Of a stretch of DNA of 64,000 nt, positions 11,551-25,888 are shown in pieces. The translations under genes were made by a program, and so were the position numbers. The stretch spans positions 2,968,707-3,032,706 of the forward strand of contig NW_003526943.1 of the NCBI RefSeq assembly GCF_000181795.1. Direction: 5' to 3'. This DNA is from Trichinella spiralis (Eukaryota). How positions within the stretch are numbered: position 1 is the stretch's first letter; each line of letters opens with the position of its first letter. The notes under the pieces are model-generated. The model saw only the letters and a list, made by a program, of their open reading frames with translations, ran no database searches and was not told where the DNA came from.

Positions 11551-14500
11551 AACCATATTTGCATATTTATTTAATTTATTTTTTAGTTTATTTCATTTTT
11601 TTTGTTGTTTAAACAAAAAGAACAAAACAAAAATAATAAATTTGTTCTCTTTCAAGTAATATAATTATTTTATTGACCGCCGTGATAAAATAGTTGAAAT
11701 GAATAATAATCGAGTGGAATAATTTTGCCCGTCGCTCGACAGCGATTGTAAAAAAAAATATTGTCTTTTTTTTGTTATTCTCAAAACTCGCTGCTTGTCA
11801 AGATTGTAATTGTATTCACACTAGTAGCAACAACGTTCACCATTGTGTGTAGTAAAGCTGAAAAATCAATAAGTAATAAAATTTGGCGCAGAAATTTACT
11901 TTTTCCCAAACTTTCAAAAGTTATGCAATGGATGTGGTTGGTTGGTGTTTGTGCAGTATGTAGTAAAATATTTCACTTGTTGCGGACGGCTTTTCGTCGA
12001 TGCAAGCAGTAAGAACAACAAACCGGTCAACCGGCATATACCGCCGTGTGCAATGACGCCCATTGTGATGGCAACGTATACAAGAAAGCGGAGAATACAT
12101 CTCGGCTACTTGGTTTGCAATTCACTACCACCAGCATCATCTACAACAACAATATGCAGCAGCACCGGTGGCAATAACAGGTTTGTTGAAAAAGCTTTTC
12201 AACGTCAAACCAGTGCTGCTAAAGCACCAATGGCAGGGTAAAAGTGACTGATGAAATGAAAATAACAATTCATAAATATTATTATTTTTGATTTTCTTTT
12301 AATATGATAAAATTTCTACATTCAGTTTTGTTCTTCTGTTAATTAAAATTTGCCAAATTGTAAGTGTAAATTTGAATATGATCAACTTTTCTTTTTTTTT
12401 TACTTTTACAACATTAAAGTTGCAGTTGGATTGTCAATTTTTCTTTTGAATAAAATCCAAAATCTAGGCCATCATTTTTAAATAATCATTCTATTATTAT
12501 TATTATTATTATCTGTAAGGGAAATTTTGCTCAGAAATCACTATAATGAATGAATGCGAAAGTGTCATTAATATATATTTATTATTTCCCTCTGGCGATT
12601 GGCACGATTAATTTAGAATAAATGTGCAATATTTTTGCAACAAGCTCACCTGATCATATTTTGTGATGATGATATTTTTTTCTTGAAAAATAATTTCAAA
12701 AATTTTCAACATCAACAACCAATTGTAATCGTTTATTGATTTTTGTTCACTGTGCCGTTTGTGGAAATTGATTAGCAACGATGAAAATGGAAAAATTAAA
12801 AATTTAAATAATCCTGCTTGAGTAATAAATTAACTTTGCATTTTATAATTCACATTTTGACTGCTAATCGTTTGCTTTCACTTCAAGCTAACGACGCATT
12901 TCAACTAATTAAAATTTCAATCACATGATGCAGTACAAATATAAATATATATATATTCTTTTCATCTTGAACATTCAAAGCATGAGAAATTTGAGTAAGC
13001 ACCTCTGTCAGTTATCATAAATTTTAAAACAATTTATTACTTCCTTTGTACTTTTATGATTATTTTTTCAGAGTTGTATTAAAAGAAATTTTTTTCACTT
13101 TTATTCGTTTGAAAAACAGCATGTCAAATATATACTCATATATATCACTAGAAATGTATTGTGTTCGTTTTGCAATGAAAATTCTATTTTGCACTTTGCA
13201 AAATTAATAATTCTATTATTGAATATAAAAAGGAATAAATTTGAAAGAAATCAATCGACGCAAGTATCGTCATCTTATTCTTCTTCCAAACCAATAAATA
13301 CTATTATTATTATTATTCAATCAATAATATATTTCAGTGAAACAAAAAATAGCATAATGGTGTTCGACTAAAAATAAATCAAATGAAACTTTAAATATGA
13401 CTTTTCAGCTTGATTCATTAGATGCGCATGTGTTAAAATAACTTTGATAAAAAAAATAATAATAAAAGAGTGGTGCAATTATTATTGGTTATCATTTTGC
13501 TTGGCGCTTGTCAAAGTTGTAAGGCGTAGAGGTGAAGAAGAGAATGAAGCGGTTGGCAGTGGAATTCCATAAACTCGGCTGCTTAATTGTTCCAGCTTAT
13601 TGCAGCGCTGTTGAAATTTCATTTAAATTGACAATTTGCAATTTTGCACCACGTTCCGTCCATTATTGCACTTATTGTTATTATTGACTGGAAATGTAGA
13701 CAACTTTTTTTTTCTTAATAAGCTTCAATCGCTTGAATACTGACTACGAACGTTTGTCTTCACGTTCATCTATCACAATACCATCTGCGTGATTTGTGCC
13801 ATTACTGACGTGCTATTTTCCAATCGAATTTCATATTCAACAAAATGAATGAACTTAATCATCAAAAATATGCAAATTTTTGCGAATTTTTATTTTTTGC
13901 CAAACTCATTTTAAAAAAATTAATTGAAATAGGAACTAACATTTATTTATCCCAAATTGAAAATTATCTCTTTTTAAAATTCAATTTTCATGTGCTTTCT
14001 TGTAGGCAATCGCGTGCAGGATGCAATTTGTCAATGAATGTTGTATGTAAAATGGACATTTTTTGCTATTGTAAAATGTTATTGTTTAAAATGTTTAAAC
14101 AATCGTGTAAATTACATAAATTTCAACACTGATATTGCAGAATTGAATTATCTTACCAAAGATATGCATTTTTTGATATACTGATAATAATGCTCAACTT
14201 GGTTACTTGGATAAATATCATAAACTTTTTTTGAAAAATACTTTAATAAGTAATAAAAAAACCAGCAAAAACTAAACTCAATACAAATAAATAAAGAAAA
14301 ATTCATATCATCTTGTTGATGATTGAATTCTTTTGTTCAAAAATTCCACACCTTTTTCTTAACACACGATAATGTATTGATGATTAAACCATACTATTAT
14401 AAGCAATGCTAACAGGTGTACGCCATATTTATCCACAGGAATGCATTAACAAATTCAAACAAGCTGCCGATGTTTAACGTAAGTAATTAACAACGGCTGT

Positions 14501-16251
14501 TTATAATCAAATACTGCTGTTTTCATTCATTATTCGTTGTTTTCAACACTATACAAATAAACAGTGAATTACACAAGATATAAGCAAAGCGCGATAATTA
14601 TTTAAAATAAGTGCATCAAAAAAATTGCTTCACTTTATGAAAAACATCAAAAATATATTGGAAATTAAATAACTGCTAAAACTTCACAATATAAAATATA
14701 TTCAAAGCAGTTATTATCTGTGATGATTGGTTAATTTTGAAATTTCATGGATCCTATACTTGTTATTTGGACTATATATACTATCCCATACTGTGACGGA
14801 TCTGTAACTTTCATCATCATCAAATCTCTGCAAAAAGACTTTCTTGTGCTTTATGCTTATTATTAGACACACTTTGCTTTTGTCAGAGTCAGCTGGTTGA
14901 CCACCGTCGTTAGACTTCTAATCGTCACATCATTGTGGATTATATAAGAATAGAGTCGATCATTTACGCAAGTTTCACGTGAACTCATATAATGTTTCAG
15001 AGATTCACAAATTGAGCGCATAGTTGAAGATATCTATCAATCGACAGCTGAGAAAACAATAAAAATTCTGCTAATAGGTCAACTCAGAAAAATTGACCAA
15101 TTCTTTTGATTTCCATCAATTGCGCCTAATTAATGTCTTTAACTGGCGCCTAATGTCAGCATTTCTTAACTAATTACAAAACAACCAGATTTTCATTTAT
15201 CAGTGACAAAAAGTTGCATGTTTAAAAACAAATTTTAAAAAATTTGCGTGAATTTTCAATTATTACAAAATATTCATATTTTACTAGCGTTCTTATGTAT
15301 TATTATTTTATTAAAATATTGACAAAAAGTAAAACCACCAAATGAAAGAATTCAATTTATTTTCAGTATATAAAATATATTTTCTGTTCTTTTAAAATAA
15401 ATAAATCATTTTTAAATAATATTAAAATTAAGTTCATTTCATTTATTTTAAATGTACATGAATTGTCTTGTACAAATTAATTATGGAACTTAGTTATATG
15501 AAATTGTACTGTAATTTACATTATCCAAATTTATACTGTAAATTGTATTCATGGTAAACAACAAAAAATATTAATCATATTAATTAAAGCAATTTAATTT
15601 TCAAATCAAATTTTTAAATTAAAAATGAATCAATGTTTAGACAACAACATCTTAATGAATCAATTAAGTAAGTAAAAAGTTCATTTCTTCAAAGCATTTT
15701 AAATATTCTCTTTGAAATTGTTTTTGTTTGTAAAATCAGTAAAAATAAAAATAAAATTTGAAAAATTATGTTTTGTTTTATTTTATTTTACTTTATTTAT
15801 TGAAAAAGTTTTTTTTGCATTTCATATTTAAGGCAATTGTTGAAATGCATTATGTTGCATACTGTAAATTATTCGGCTTAAGGTGAATTCTGTTTTTCTA
15901 ATTGAACTTCACTAAAAACGTCTTATATACAATTTACAATCTGATTTATTTGAATAAGTTTTAAAATCTTGTAACTCACATAATTGTTTTTTTTATTTAC
16001 AATACCTGAATGCAAGTTTGCATTACTGTCTTTGTTGCTTTGCTGAGAACGTCGAAGGAGGAATAGATTTTTGATTTCCAAACTGGAATCCTCGGATAAT
16101 TTTTGGCATGAAAATGCGTGAAATTTTCCATTCAATTTGTGTTCGAATTCCCAAAGATTAAGCAGTTTTGTTGCGCATGTTTCAACGAATACTTGGTTTA
16201 TAGCCTTTATCTGATTCTGCGGCAGGATTGTTTTACTTTGTCGTGCTGAAC

Positions 16252-19200
16252 ATGTCTCCACCAATGTCTAGTCAGCCGCTGCCACCTAAAGAACACGCAC
16301 TTTTCAAACGGATTGTGGTAAAAGTTTCTCTCTCGGTGTCGTATTAAACAGTTTTTTCTGATCGTTTCGCTTGCTTGCAATAGAAATGTTACGAGCAGAA
16401 GCAGTTCAGAAACGGGTTGAAATTTGCAAAGCAGATTCTTTCGAATCCGAACTTTGCGGAACATGGCGGTAAAGCTGTTTTTTAATTTATAATTTGATAG
16501 TTTTTACTGATAATTCTTTTAGAAACTTTATCAATGAAAGGGTTAATATTGAATTGTATTGGCAAGAAAGAAGAAGCTCTAGAATTGGTGAAAAAAGGAT
16601 TGAGGAACGATGTCCGTTCGCACGTTTGTTGGCATGTTTACGGTCTGATGCAAAGATCGGAAAGAAAATATGACGAAGCAATAAAGGCTTTCAGGAATGC
16701 GTTAAAAATTGATAAAGTTTGCCATATTTGAATGACTTGAATTTCATGATGGATCGATGTTGTGGTTCTAGGAAAACATTCAAATTCTCAGGGATCTCTC
16801 AATGTTACAGTTACAAATGCGTGATCTCGAAGGATTTAAAGTAATTCTTTTTAGTTTTAAACTTTTCCATATCATTGTGGTAATTTCTTAGGAAACAAGA
16901 TATCATCTGTTTAAACTTCGTCCAACTCAACGCGTTTCTTGGATCGGTTTTGCCTTATCGTTGCATTTGACCGAAGATTACGAACTGGCAATAAGGGTTT
17001 TGGAGGACTTTAGAAAAACTCAGAATGTGCGTATGAAGTTTCAATATTTTCTAGTTCATATGTGAAAAAAAAAAGAAATTTCAGATAATTTTATAACTTA
17101 GTTTTGAAATGGTTTCAATAAACTTTTATTTATATTCCTCCGCTGTATGTAACTTTATTTAAAAAGTTCGAATTTTAAGATAGAAACATATGATATTGAA
17201 AGTAGTGAATTTTTGCTTTATCAAAACATGGTATACCGTGAGGCTGGTAAATTCGAAATAGCTTTGTATCATTTGGAAAGTAATAAAGATCATATCTACG
17301 ACCGGAGATCGTATCTTGAATTGAAGGGTATGTTATCACTGTTTTTTGCTTTTTTATAAAAATGAATATTAAACTTTAGGTGAGCTCTTGATGAAACTTG
17401 GAAGGAATCTTGAAGCTTCACATGTATATCATCAACTTTTGGCGAGAAATGAGGACAATTTGGATTACTATAATTTATTGGAAGAATGTTTGAATCTTAA
17501 AACAGGTACAGTGGAATGTGTTAGTTTATTTATTTTTGAATTGTTTATTGGGAACAGAGTTAAATTATTTTAGGCGACGATGTTCAAGATATGGATGCTG
17601 TAAAGCGCCGATTATATTTATACGATGAAATGATCAAATGCTATCCAAATGCCCTTGCTCCTCATCGCTTGTCCTTGTCATTTCTACCCGGTATGTTTCA
17701 TTTTTACACGCATATATGTATATGTATTTGGGAAGATTTTATTGAAACAATTTTAATTATTTCTAATATATAATGCACTGCATAATTTTAGCATTAAAGA
17801 TTTTTTGCACAGTAAATGAAAATTTTTACTAAAATTATGTTTCTTTCAAATTTAGTTTATGTTTAAATTTTAATGCTTTTGTTTTTCTGAAATAATCAAA
17901 AAGCATTTTAATTCAAATTGATTTCAGCTGTTCAATAACTGTTTGCGTATTAACTATTTAAAATTCGCTGCTTTCGCCATAATGTAAATATTATACTATA
18001 GTATGTTGGAATACTACGGTAAACGATTTTCAAGTTTTATTATCATATCATTTTTAATACTTTATCAGCTGAAAGTGCTGATAAACAAACAGTACATTGA
18101 TGCATTTAAATTTGATTTAAAAATTTTTTTAATAATAATAATAATTAGTTTGTGATATTTTCTTAATTAATGTTATTCTCATAATGACAAGGTTATGTAT
18201 GTTATGTATTTAATAATAATAATTTGTATTTTGTGAAATGTTACTTTTAAGAATTGATATTGTTATTATTATCATTTGATGATAGGGATTTTTATTTGAT
18301 TTTAAAGTATAGATGGCAGCATGTTTTTTAATACGTTTAAGCGAATGTCTATTTTCGGCTTTAGAAATGATGATAATGTTTTCTTTATTTTTTAGCGCAT
18401 ATGATTGTTCCAAGAATTGAGGTGCTTTTGAAAAAATTGCTTAGGAAAGGTTCTTCGCCAGCTTTTGCCGTTTTTCGTATTATGTACAGAGATTCGAACA
18501 AGGCATATATATAAATATGGCTTTAACTGTGCGCAATTATCGATGTATATATGTTTGTTTTCTTTTTCAGGTTTCTATTATGGAGAATTTGTTGATAGCA
18601 TATGTGGACAGTTTAGAAAAGTGCTCAAGGTTTCCCGAAGGTAGACATTTAGTGAGTTCTTCAATAGTTGTGAAAAATAATTTCGGCTCAATATTCAGAA
18701 ACAGCAGTAGAAGCGCCCTGCACGTTGTTGTGGCTTTATTACTATTTGGCTTTGCATTTCGATTATTTGAATAATGTGGATAGTGCGTTGATGTATGTCA
18801 ATAAAGGTATTGAACACACACCGACTCTGGTCGAACTGTACATGGTAAAGGCTCGAATTTACAAGGTGACGATGATGATTTTAACTGCACGACGGTTTTG
18901 TTGTGTTTTAATTGTAAAATTTTGTTTGTTTGTTTTTTATTTTGATTTATTTTAGCATGCTGGTAATATGCTCGAAGCTGCTCATTGGATTGAAGAAGCG
19001 CAAAGTTTGGACACCGCTGACAGATATATCAATTCCAAATGCGCCAAATACATGCTCCAAGCTGGACGCATTGAAGATGGAATATTCATGTGCTCGAAAT
19101 TTATCAGGGTGAAAAGATTGGAATTGAATTTTTTTGCAATAGTTATTGTAGTTTTTAATAATTTCAGGAAGGTTTGAGCTCGGTGGAAAGTTTTTCCGAG

Positions 19201-21020
19201 ATGCAGTACATGTGGTTTGAAATTGAATGTGCCCGCGCTTATCGCAGAGCTGGTCAATATGGAGAGTCGTTGAAAAAGTGCCACGAAGTGGAAAGAGTGG
19301 GTTTTATTGAAAAGCACAGCATTGGCAGCAAATGAATGCCGTGCTGTTTCTTGTTGTCGTTATATTGTTTGTCTGTTTGTAGCATTTTTCTGACATAATT
19401 GATGATCAGTATGATTTTCATAATTATTGCATTCGCCGGGTAACGATTTGTTCGTACATTCAGTTGCTGAGGCTCGAGGATTGTCTCAGAGAGCATCGGT
19501 TCTTCTTCAGGGCGGCAAAATGCGCTCTCAAGGTTTGTTCATTTTCATAATTTTTTTTTGTTTTTTCTGAAGTACTGTATGATTGAAAATTTAGGTTTAC
19601 CTTTCAATTTACGATTCACCCTCCGATTCTGGGACAGGAATCGATAATACTGCGCAGAGTATACACATATATACATATATATATTATTGTTTTTTCAATA
19701 TATGCATATGATGCACTTGAAATATGTTTGTTTTAGACGGAGCATCTTCTCGTGAACTTCGTAAATTGCATCGTAAGCAGAAGAAGCAAGCGGCCAAAGC
19801 TGAACAGCAGCGATTGAATAAAGTGAAAAGCAATATCAAATCGAAGCAAGACGGCATTGCGGATGACTGCAAACGGCAGCCGCAAATCAGCGCTGAAAAA
19901 TTGGCCAGTGTAAGTAGAAAAACAAATTACAATAATTGAAAAGAAGGCAGACTTTTATCATCCATCATATATAATTGAAATATTTCTTATTTTGTTAGAC
20001 TAGCCAACCGTTGGAGGATGCGTTGGTATTTTTGAGACCACTGATTCAGCTGAACTGTACTTATCCGCAGGCATATTTTCTCGGCTTTGAAGTTTATTAT
20101 CGAAAGAGTAATTTTTTGATACTGGAAAATATTCAGAATAATGGAAAATAGTATTATTTTTAAAACAGATAAACCACTGTTGATGCTACTTTGCATCAAA
20201 AGAGCGGAAAGAATTGACCCTGACAACGCCCAGTTGCACGTTTGCAAAGTGAAATATTTGAAATATTGTAAATGATGTTTGTTTTGTTTGTGTTATATAT
20301 TTAAGTGTTATTTTTTCGTTTTGTCTTCAGTGCAAGATAATCAATCGTCCATTGATGTTGTCCACGAAGTGACCGGTGAAGTATTTCCAGAACGGGATGC
20401 GGTTCTGGATTTATCCGACTACAATGCTCAGTATCTGCAAGCGCATCACAATTCTATTCGTCATCGCTTAGCCGGTCGGTGAACAGTTTGTCCATTGTAC
20501 GAGATTGTTGTTCAATTGTAATTGTATATGTATTTCAGTTGCGGAAGTGATGTACTTTTTGAACAGAGAGAAACAAGCCGAAGCAGTGGAAGTGGCAATT
20601 AAAGTGGAAAACAGCATGCAGGATGTTACTTGGAAGGTATGATATATAGATAGATAGATAGATTGATTGATAGATTGATAGATAGATAGATGAATCGGCA
20701 AGCGTGAAAGGAGTTTTTTTTTCAATTTTGAATTGTTTGATCACGTACGTATACATTTTGTTTGTTTGTTTGTTCAGGTCTGTCGGAAAGTGTTGCATCG
20801 TTTGAGCAATCGCGCTTTGTTCGGCGTGGTGGATCCGACAATTATAGAAAATTATAAAATTGCGTGCCGGAAACGTTTTCCGCATGCTGCAGCGTTTTTT
20901 GACCAATCGTCACTATCGTCGACGCTCTTGGCCAATCACGTTTCGTCCAGTTCGGATCACGATAATACAAGCGACGTGAACGACGTTGTTGAAGGATTGT
21001 ATGATCTTAGCTTGCCGTGA
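16252..21020 (+). CDS. NAA15: N-alpha-acetyltransferase 15, NatA auxiliary subunit (multi-exon)
   Basis: [93 protein letters not shown]. Start is at 16252 or 16264. Confidence 0.95.
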
Positions 21021-21702
21021 TATGTCGTCGGCTCACTGTAGTGGAATGGAGTGGAGTGGCATATTCTGTCAATGCTCGCTTGTACACTACTCACGTACCA
21101 CGGTTTGTGGATGCTCTTTTGTCGGCAATTTATTTTCTTTTTATTTTAATTTAATTTTATTTTATTTAATTTATAATTGTTCTTTTCTTTCTTTCTTTCT
21201 TTCTTTCTTTTTTCTTTCTTCTACTATTTGGCGCAAAAAGTGTAAATGGAAAAGAAAAACAACTGCTGGCGACGAAACAAACTGTGTGTTTTTATTCTTA
21301 TTGCGTTCTGCAGATCCTATTCTTTATTACTATTACGATTATTATTACTATTATTATCATTATTATTGTTTTGTTTGTTGTTCAACTGTGAAGTGGCGCT
21401 TTGATTCGCAAAGTGCCATCTTCTTATAGTAAAAATATGATTAATTTGCATTTTTGTTTGTTTGTTTGCACATAAATATGACGGTATACAGAATTTTGCA
21501 GACCGTCCCGAAGCTATTGTGTTTGAATTGTGTTTGTCAATTTTTAATCGGTGATTTATTTAATCGGTTGTTGAAGAGAGAAGCTGCAACTGTGTGCGTG
21601 CAACAGAAAGCAAAAAGGTGTGTGTGTCAAGAATAGAATTTATATATATAAGTGGGAGAGAAAGAGAAGAAGTACGATTGTTGTTAGTTAGTTAGTTAGC
21701 TG

Positions 21703-22951
21703 ATGATGTTAGCCGATGAGAAAGATTTGGATGGTTATGATTCTTTTCTGAATCGGTCCCCTCCGCCGTCATTGGAAACGTCGACCAGTCGTCAATTGCA
21801 GATGGTCGGTTCAGATCGACTGATGGTGGTTCCACCAGGTACGGATGTTTGTTTGTTTGTTGAATGCTTTGGAATATGGTAGAAAGCATTCCAGATGAGA
21901 CGTCGGCAGCGTACGGTACGTCGGCCGGCATTGGCGTCGAACGTCAGCTGTCGACGATGGGAGCCCAGGAGAAGCTGGAAGCGATCAAAAGTTGGGGATG
22001 TTCGACGTACAAGGTGGTCAGACAGGCGTTGGCTGAAAAGATGGGCAAAAGTGCTCGCACGGTCGATTCAGGGGTCGAAGCGAAAATCGACTCGCTGCGC
22101 TCGTTGCAGCATCAGTACAGTCAGCTGTTGGCTTTGTCTCGAACACTGCTCGGTCAGCTGAGGCCTGTTCAACAGACCCAGATGAAATTGGCCGACCAAT
22201 TTGCGACGCTTGCCGACGTTGAACCGCACATTCGGGTTTGATCTATGCAAATTCATTATCATCATACTAATTATTATTTTTTTTAATATTCGACGATTGT
22301 TTTTGAAGACAGATTATTTGAATAATGCGCAGTTGTTGCGTGAATTTGCCGCGAACGGTGAAAAATTGTTGGCAGCGTTGAAATTTTTCTCATCCAACAT
22401 CAACACGCTGTGCAATACAACAATCGAAGATACCATGTTGACGGTGCGGCATTTCGAGATGGCTAGGTGTGTGTGTGTGTGTCTGTGATCAATTCATATT
22501 TCTCTGCTTCACTTCCACTACTATATATGCGCATATGTAGGCTTGAATACGACGCGTATCGTAACGATTTAGAAGAATTGAAACAGATGACCGTCAGACC
22601 GTTGGATTTTGCGTCGAAATTGTTGGAAGCGGAACAACAATACGCCAAGCATCAGGCAAAGTACGAACAACTCCGTTCGGATGTGGAAATTAAAATGCAA
22701 CTGCTGGCCGAGAACAAGGTGAATCGAATAATGGTGGAGGGAATTTTTGAAATATTTGCAAAACTTCTTTGATTTTCCAGGTTAAAGTTATGAAAAAGCA
22801 ACTGCTGCTGTTCCAGAATACAGTTGCTGCATATTTTTGTGGCAATCGCGAAGCTTTGGAAATGGGTTTGAAGCAATTTTCCATAGCAACGGTCAGAACA
22901 GCAGGGTTTCCGACGACGACGACGACGACACTACCGCAACAACCACAGTGA
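21703..22951 (+). CDS. ARFIP2: Arfaptin (AH/BAR domain) family protein
   Basis: [14 protein letters not shown]...[71 protein letters not shown]. Five exons. Confidence 0.9.
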
Positions 22952-23248
22952 TGATTGATTGGTGATCATTTTTGCTTGCTTCACTTTTTCAGAAATCCAA
23001 TGGAAAGCAATTTCTTCTGTTTTCATCGATCGCTGTTGTCTCGGTTTTATTCCTTTTTACTTTTGGTGCAATTTTTGTTCATACAGTATATATATATAAT
23101 TGTAATAAGCATTCCATTTGCATTTTTTAAAATTGTTTTATCGTGGGCTCTCTTCTTTTCTCGTCTAGTCAAAGAGGATTGTTGTTATTTTTTTTGTTCT
23201 TCATTTTTCATTGTTTTCGTCATTTTTTCATCTTAAAATTATTATTTT

Positions 23249-23315
<67 letters not shown>

Positions 23316-23624
23316 GAAGATGTAAGTTTAAAAAAGTAAAAATTTATCGACAAAATGCGAACAAATTTAATTCAACTGTTGTAATTGTTGTTGGCGAGAC
23401 AGGAAGAGAGCGCGCGATAAAACAATTTTAAAAAATGCAAATGGAATGGGTATTACAATTATATATATATACTGTGTGAGCAAAAATTGCACCAAAAGTA
23501 AAAAGGAATAAAACCGAGACAACAGCGATCGATGGAAAACAGAAGAAATTGCTTTTTTATTTGTATTTTTGAAAAAGTGAAGCAAGCGCAAAAATGAACA
23601 CAATCAACTCATCACTGTGGTTGT
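22938..23624. repeat. ~230-bp imperfect inverted duplication around a (TA)n microsatellite, abutting an N gap
   Basis: 22938-23165 reappears reverse-complemented at ~23395-23624; (TA)n at ~23256-23308; Ns at 23625-23634. Confidence 0.9.
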
Positions 23625-24886
23625 NNNNNNNNNNCTCATTGATTCAAACTCTTCAGTTGTGATTAAGATTTGACGGTCCAATAAAATAGCGTGGGTAATG
23701 ACCAATGAGAGAAAAGCGGGACCGAGTAGTACCAAACCCAGCGAATATGTCAAATGTTTAAAGAAAAGACCATTTTTCGCAAAGATCAACTGCTTACACC
23801 ATGCTATCGCAGTACAATAATGTTTCATCTATTTAACAGTGACAAAATTTGTTCTTTTTCTTTAATTTTCCAACACATACAATAATGTTATTAAACAGGA
23901 AAACTTGAACATCAACCTCCAGGCAATAAATGCAGTCTTCATTAACAGATTTTTCACTTCGGTATAGATACTGTATTACTACTTGATTTTCTTACAGTAA
24001 GAAGCAAAAAGTTGCTATTATGTTTATTGATAAAAAATATCAAAATTTTGCATTTTGCTTTTTTTTCATTAAAATTTTATAAATTTAAATTTACTTTATT
24101 TTTTTATTGTCAATGTTGCTCTTCTTATTGTATATTTCCTTGCTGCATCACGCATGTATGTGTATTTGTTCAAACATTTTAAATTGAAAAGTTACATATA
24201 TTTTCTAATGATTGTGTATTATTGATTTTATTGCAAATATTTTGAAAATCAATTAAGAATACTTTTGATTGCATTCCATTCTTTGTATATTATTTATTTT
24301 ATAAATTCTTCCACTTCCTTTTTGTGCATGAGGAAATTTGTAAATTTGAATGTCCTGATTTTGTTTTCAAATAAAATGCAAATGAGTTTTAGTCACCTTT
24401 TACTTCTTATGAGTGTTAGTTATGTTTTGTCGTGCTTTGACAAAATACAAGTTCAGATTACGTTTGTGTTATTTTTTCAAATTTTTACTCCATACTTCAG
24501 ATGCTTATTAGAACATCTTGTTTGTATTGCATAATTTACATCCAGTTGTCATTTGTGACGTCGGTGAGCGTTACCTTTCTGTTTATCAAAGTACAAACAC
24601 GCACTGTTTGCTTTGAATTGGCTTCTATTCCAACATTCCGTTTGACATCACTGTGGTTTTTATGATGTTATATTTTGATTTGAAGCGTGTTTTATTTTAC
24701 GACGATTAATAAAGCAAACGAACAAACAAAAACCCGATAATAATTTCATTTCAGCAGCAGCTGTTTTGAAATGAATGAATGAATGAATGCACGGGAAAAG
24801 CTCGTTGCTGATGCTGATGCAGCGGTGAATTTGAAATGATAGAATCGAAAGTTTTTCAATTCAGTCGTCGTCAGTCGCGCTGATCA

Positions 24887-25739
24887 ATGAATCTGAGCTT
24901 GAAATTATTACTGAAACAGCGCAATGCATTTTGCTGCTCGTACAATTTTTCCAAGCGATATTACAAAATTCCAAAATTTCCACCAATCTTTGGCGACCCA
25001 TCAAGTAGTAGTAGTAGTAGTAAACGTGAACATTACCAATCCGTCAAGATCGGGTATGTGAATTTTATTATTTTTTCTCTATCCCTTCACACCGCTGTAC
25101 AGAGATGATGTTTCCATGGAAATTGAATTTTCTAGCTATTCCGCAGAGCAAATGTACAAACTAGCTGCCGACGTGGTCCATTACAAAGATTTTGTGCCAT
25201 GGTGCACAGATTCGAAGGTGATACGGCATATTAGTACCAACTGTGCTGAAGTCGAGCTGTCGGTCGGTTTTCCGCCTTTGATTGAAAAATACACCTCTCT
25301 AGTCACGTTCAGCAAACCGAAAATGGTTAAAGTAAGTGAAAATTTTCCAACCAATATTATTATTATTATTACACAGTGGAACATTTCTTTGCTACTAATT
25401 TCAGTCTGTGAGCCAGGACAGCAGACTGTTCCATTATCTGATGTCAACGTGGCAATTTCACCCCAACGCTGACGACCCGGATACATGCGTCGTACACTTT
25501 TCGGTAATCACAGTGTTCAACAGAACATCATTTGCAACCTGCTTTCTTTTTTCTATTCAACCAGCCGATTAGGTTCACATGTTTAGGTTATTTTCCAATT
25601 TAGATCGCCACTTTATGCTAGTTTGGCTAATTTGGTCTTTGAAGAAGTAACAACAAACATGATAAACGCTTTTTTTAAACGTGCCAGAGATGTTTACGGG
25701 CCACCGAAATTTGGACACAAGAGTAATATAAATTCATAA
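24887..25739 (+). CDS. COQ10: Coenzyme Q-binding protein COQ10 (START/polyketide-cyclase fold) with mitochondrial presequence
   Basis: IGYSAEQMYKLAADVVHYKDFVPWCTDSKV; LSVGFPPLIEKYTSLV; LFHYLMSTWQF; FQFRSPLYASLANLVFEEV...AFFKRARDVYG. Four exons. Confidence 0.92.
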
Positions 25740-25888
25740 TCACCATTTTTCTTTCTTTCTTTCTGACATGACGTAAAAAGAAGCTTTTATTAGAAAGTTA
25801 CACATATATATTACTTAATAAATAAACGATCTATCTATGTTTATAACGTGTTATATAGATATATGTCTTTTGCACTCGAATAAACTTT

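Noticed and set aside
11880..12245. GC-richer patch with short ORFs downstream of the CXXC gene
   Set aside because: No recognisable protein or RNA motif on either strand.
14792..14929. tgtgacg...cgtcaca bounded 138-bp segment (tiny solo LTR?)
   Set aside because: No TSD and no internal similarity to the LTR family in this window.
23635..23960. Possible minus-strand exons of a membrane protein running into the N gap
   Set aside because: No homology recognised, and the region is truncated by the gap.
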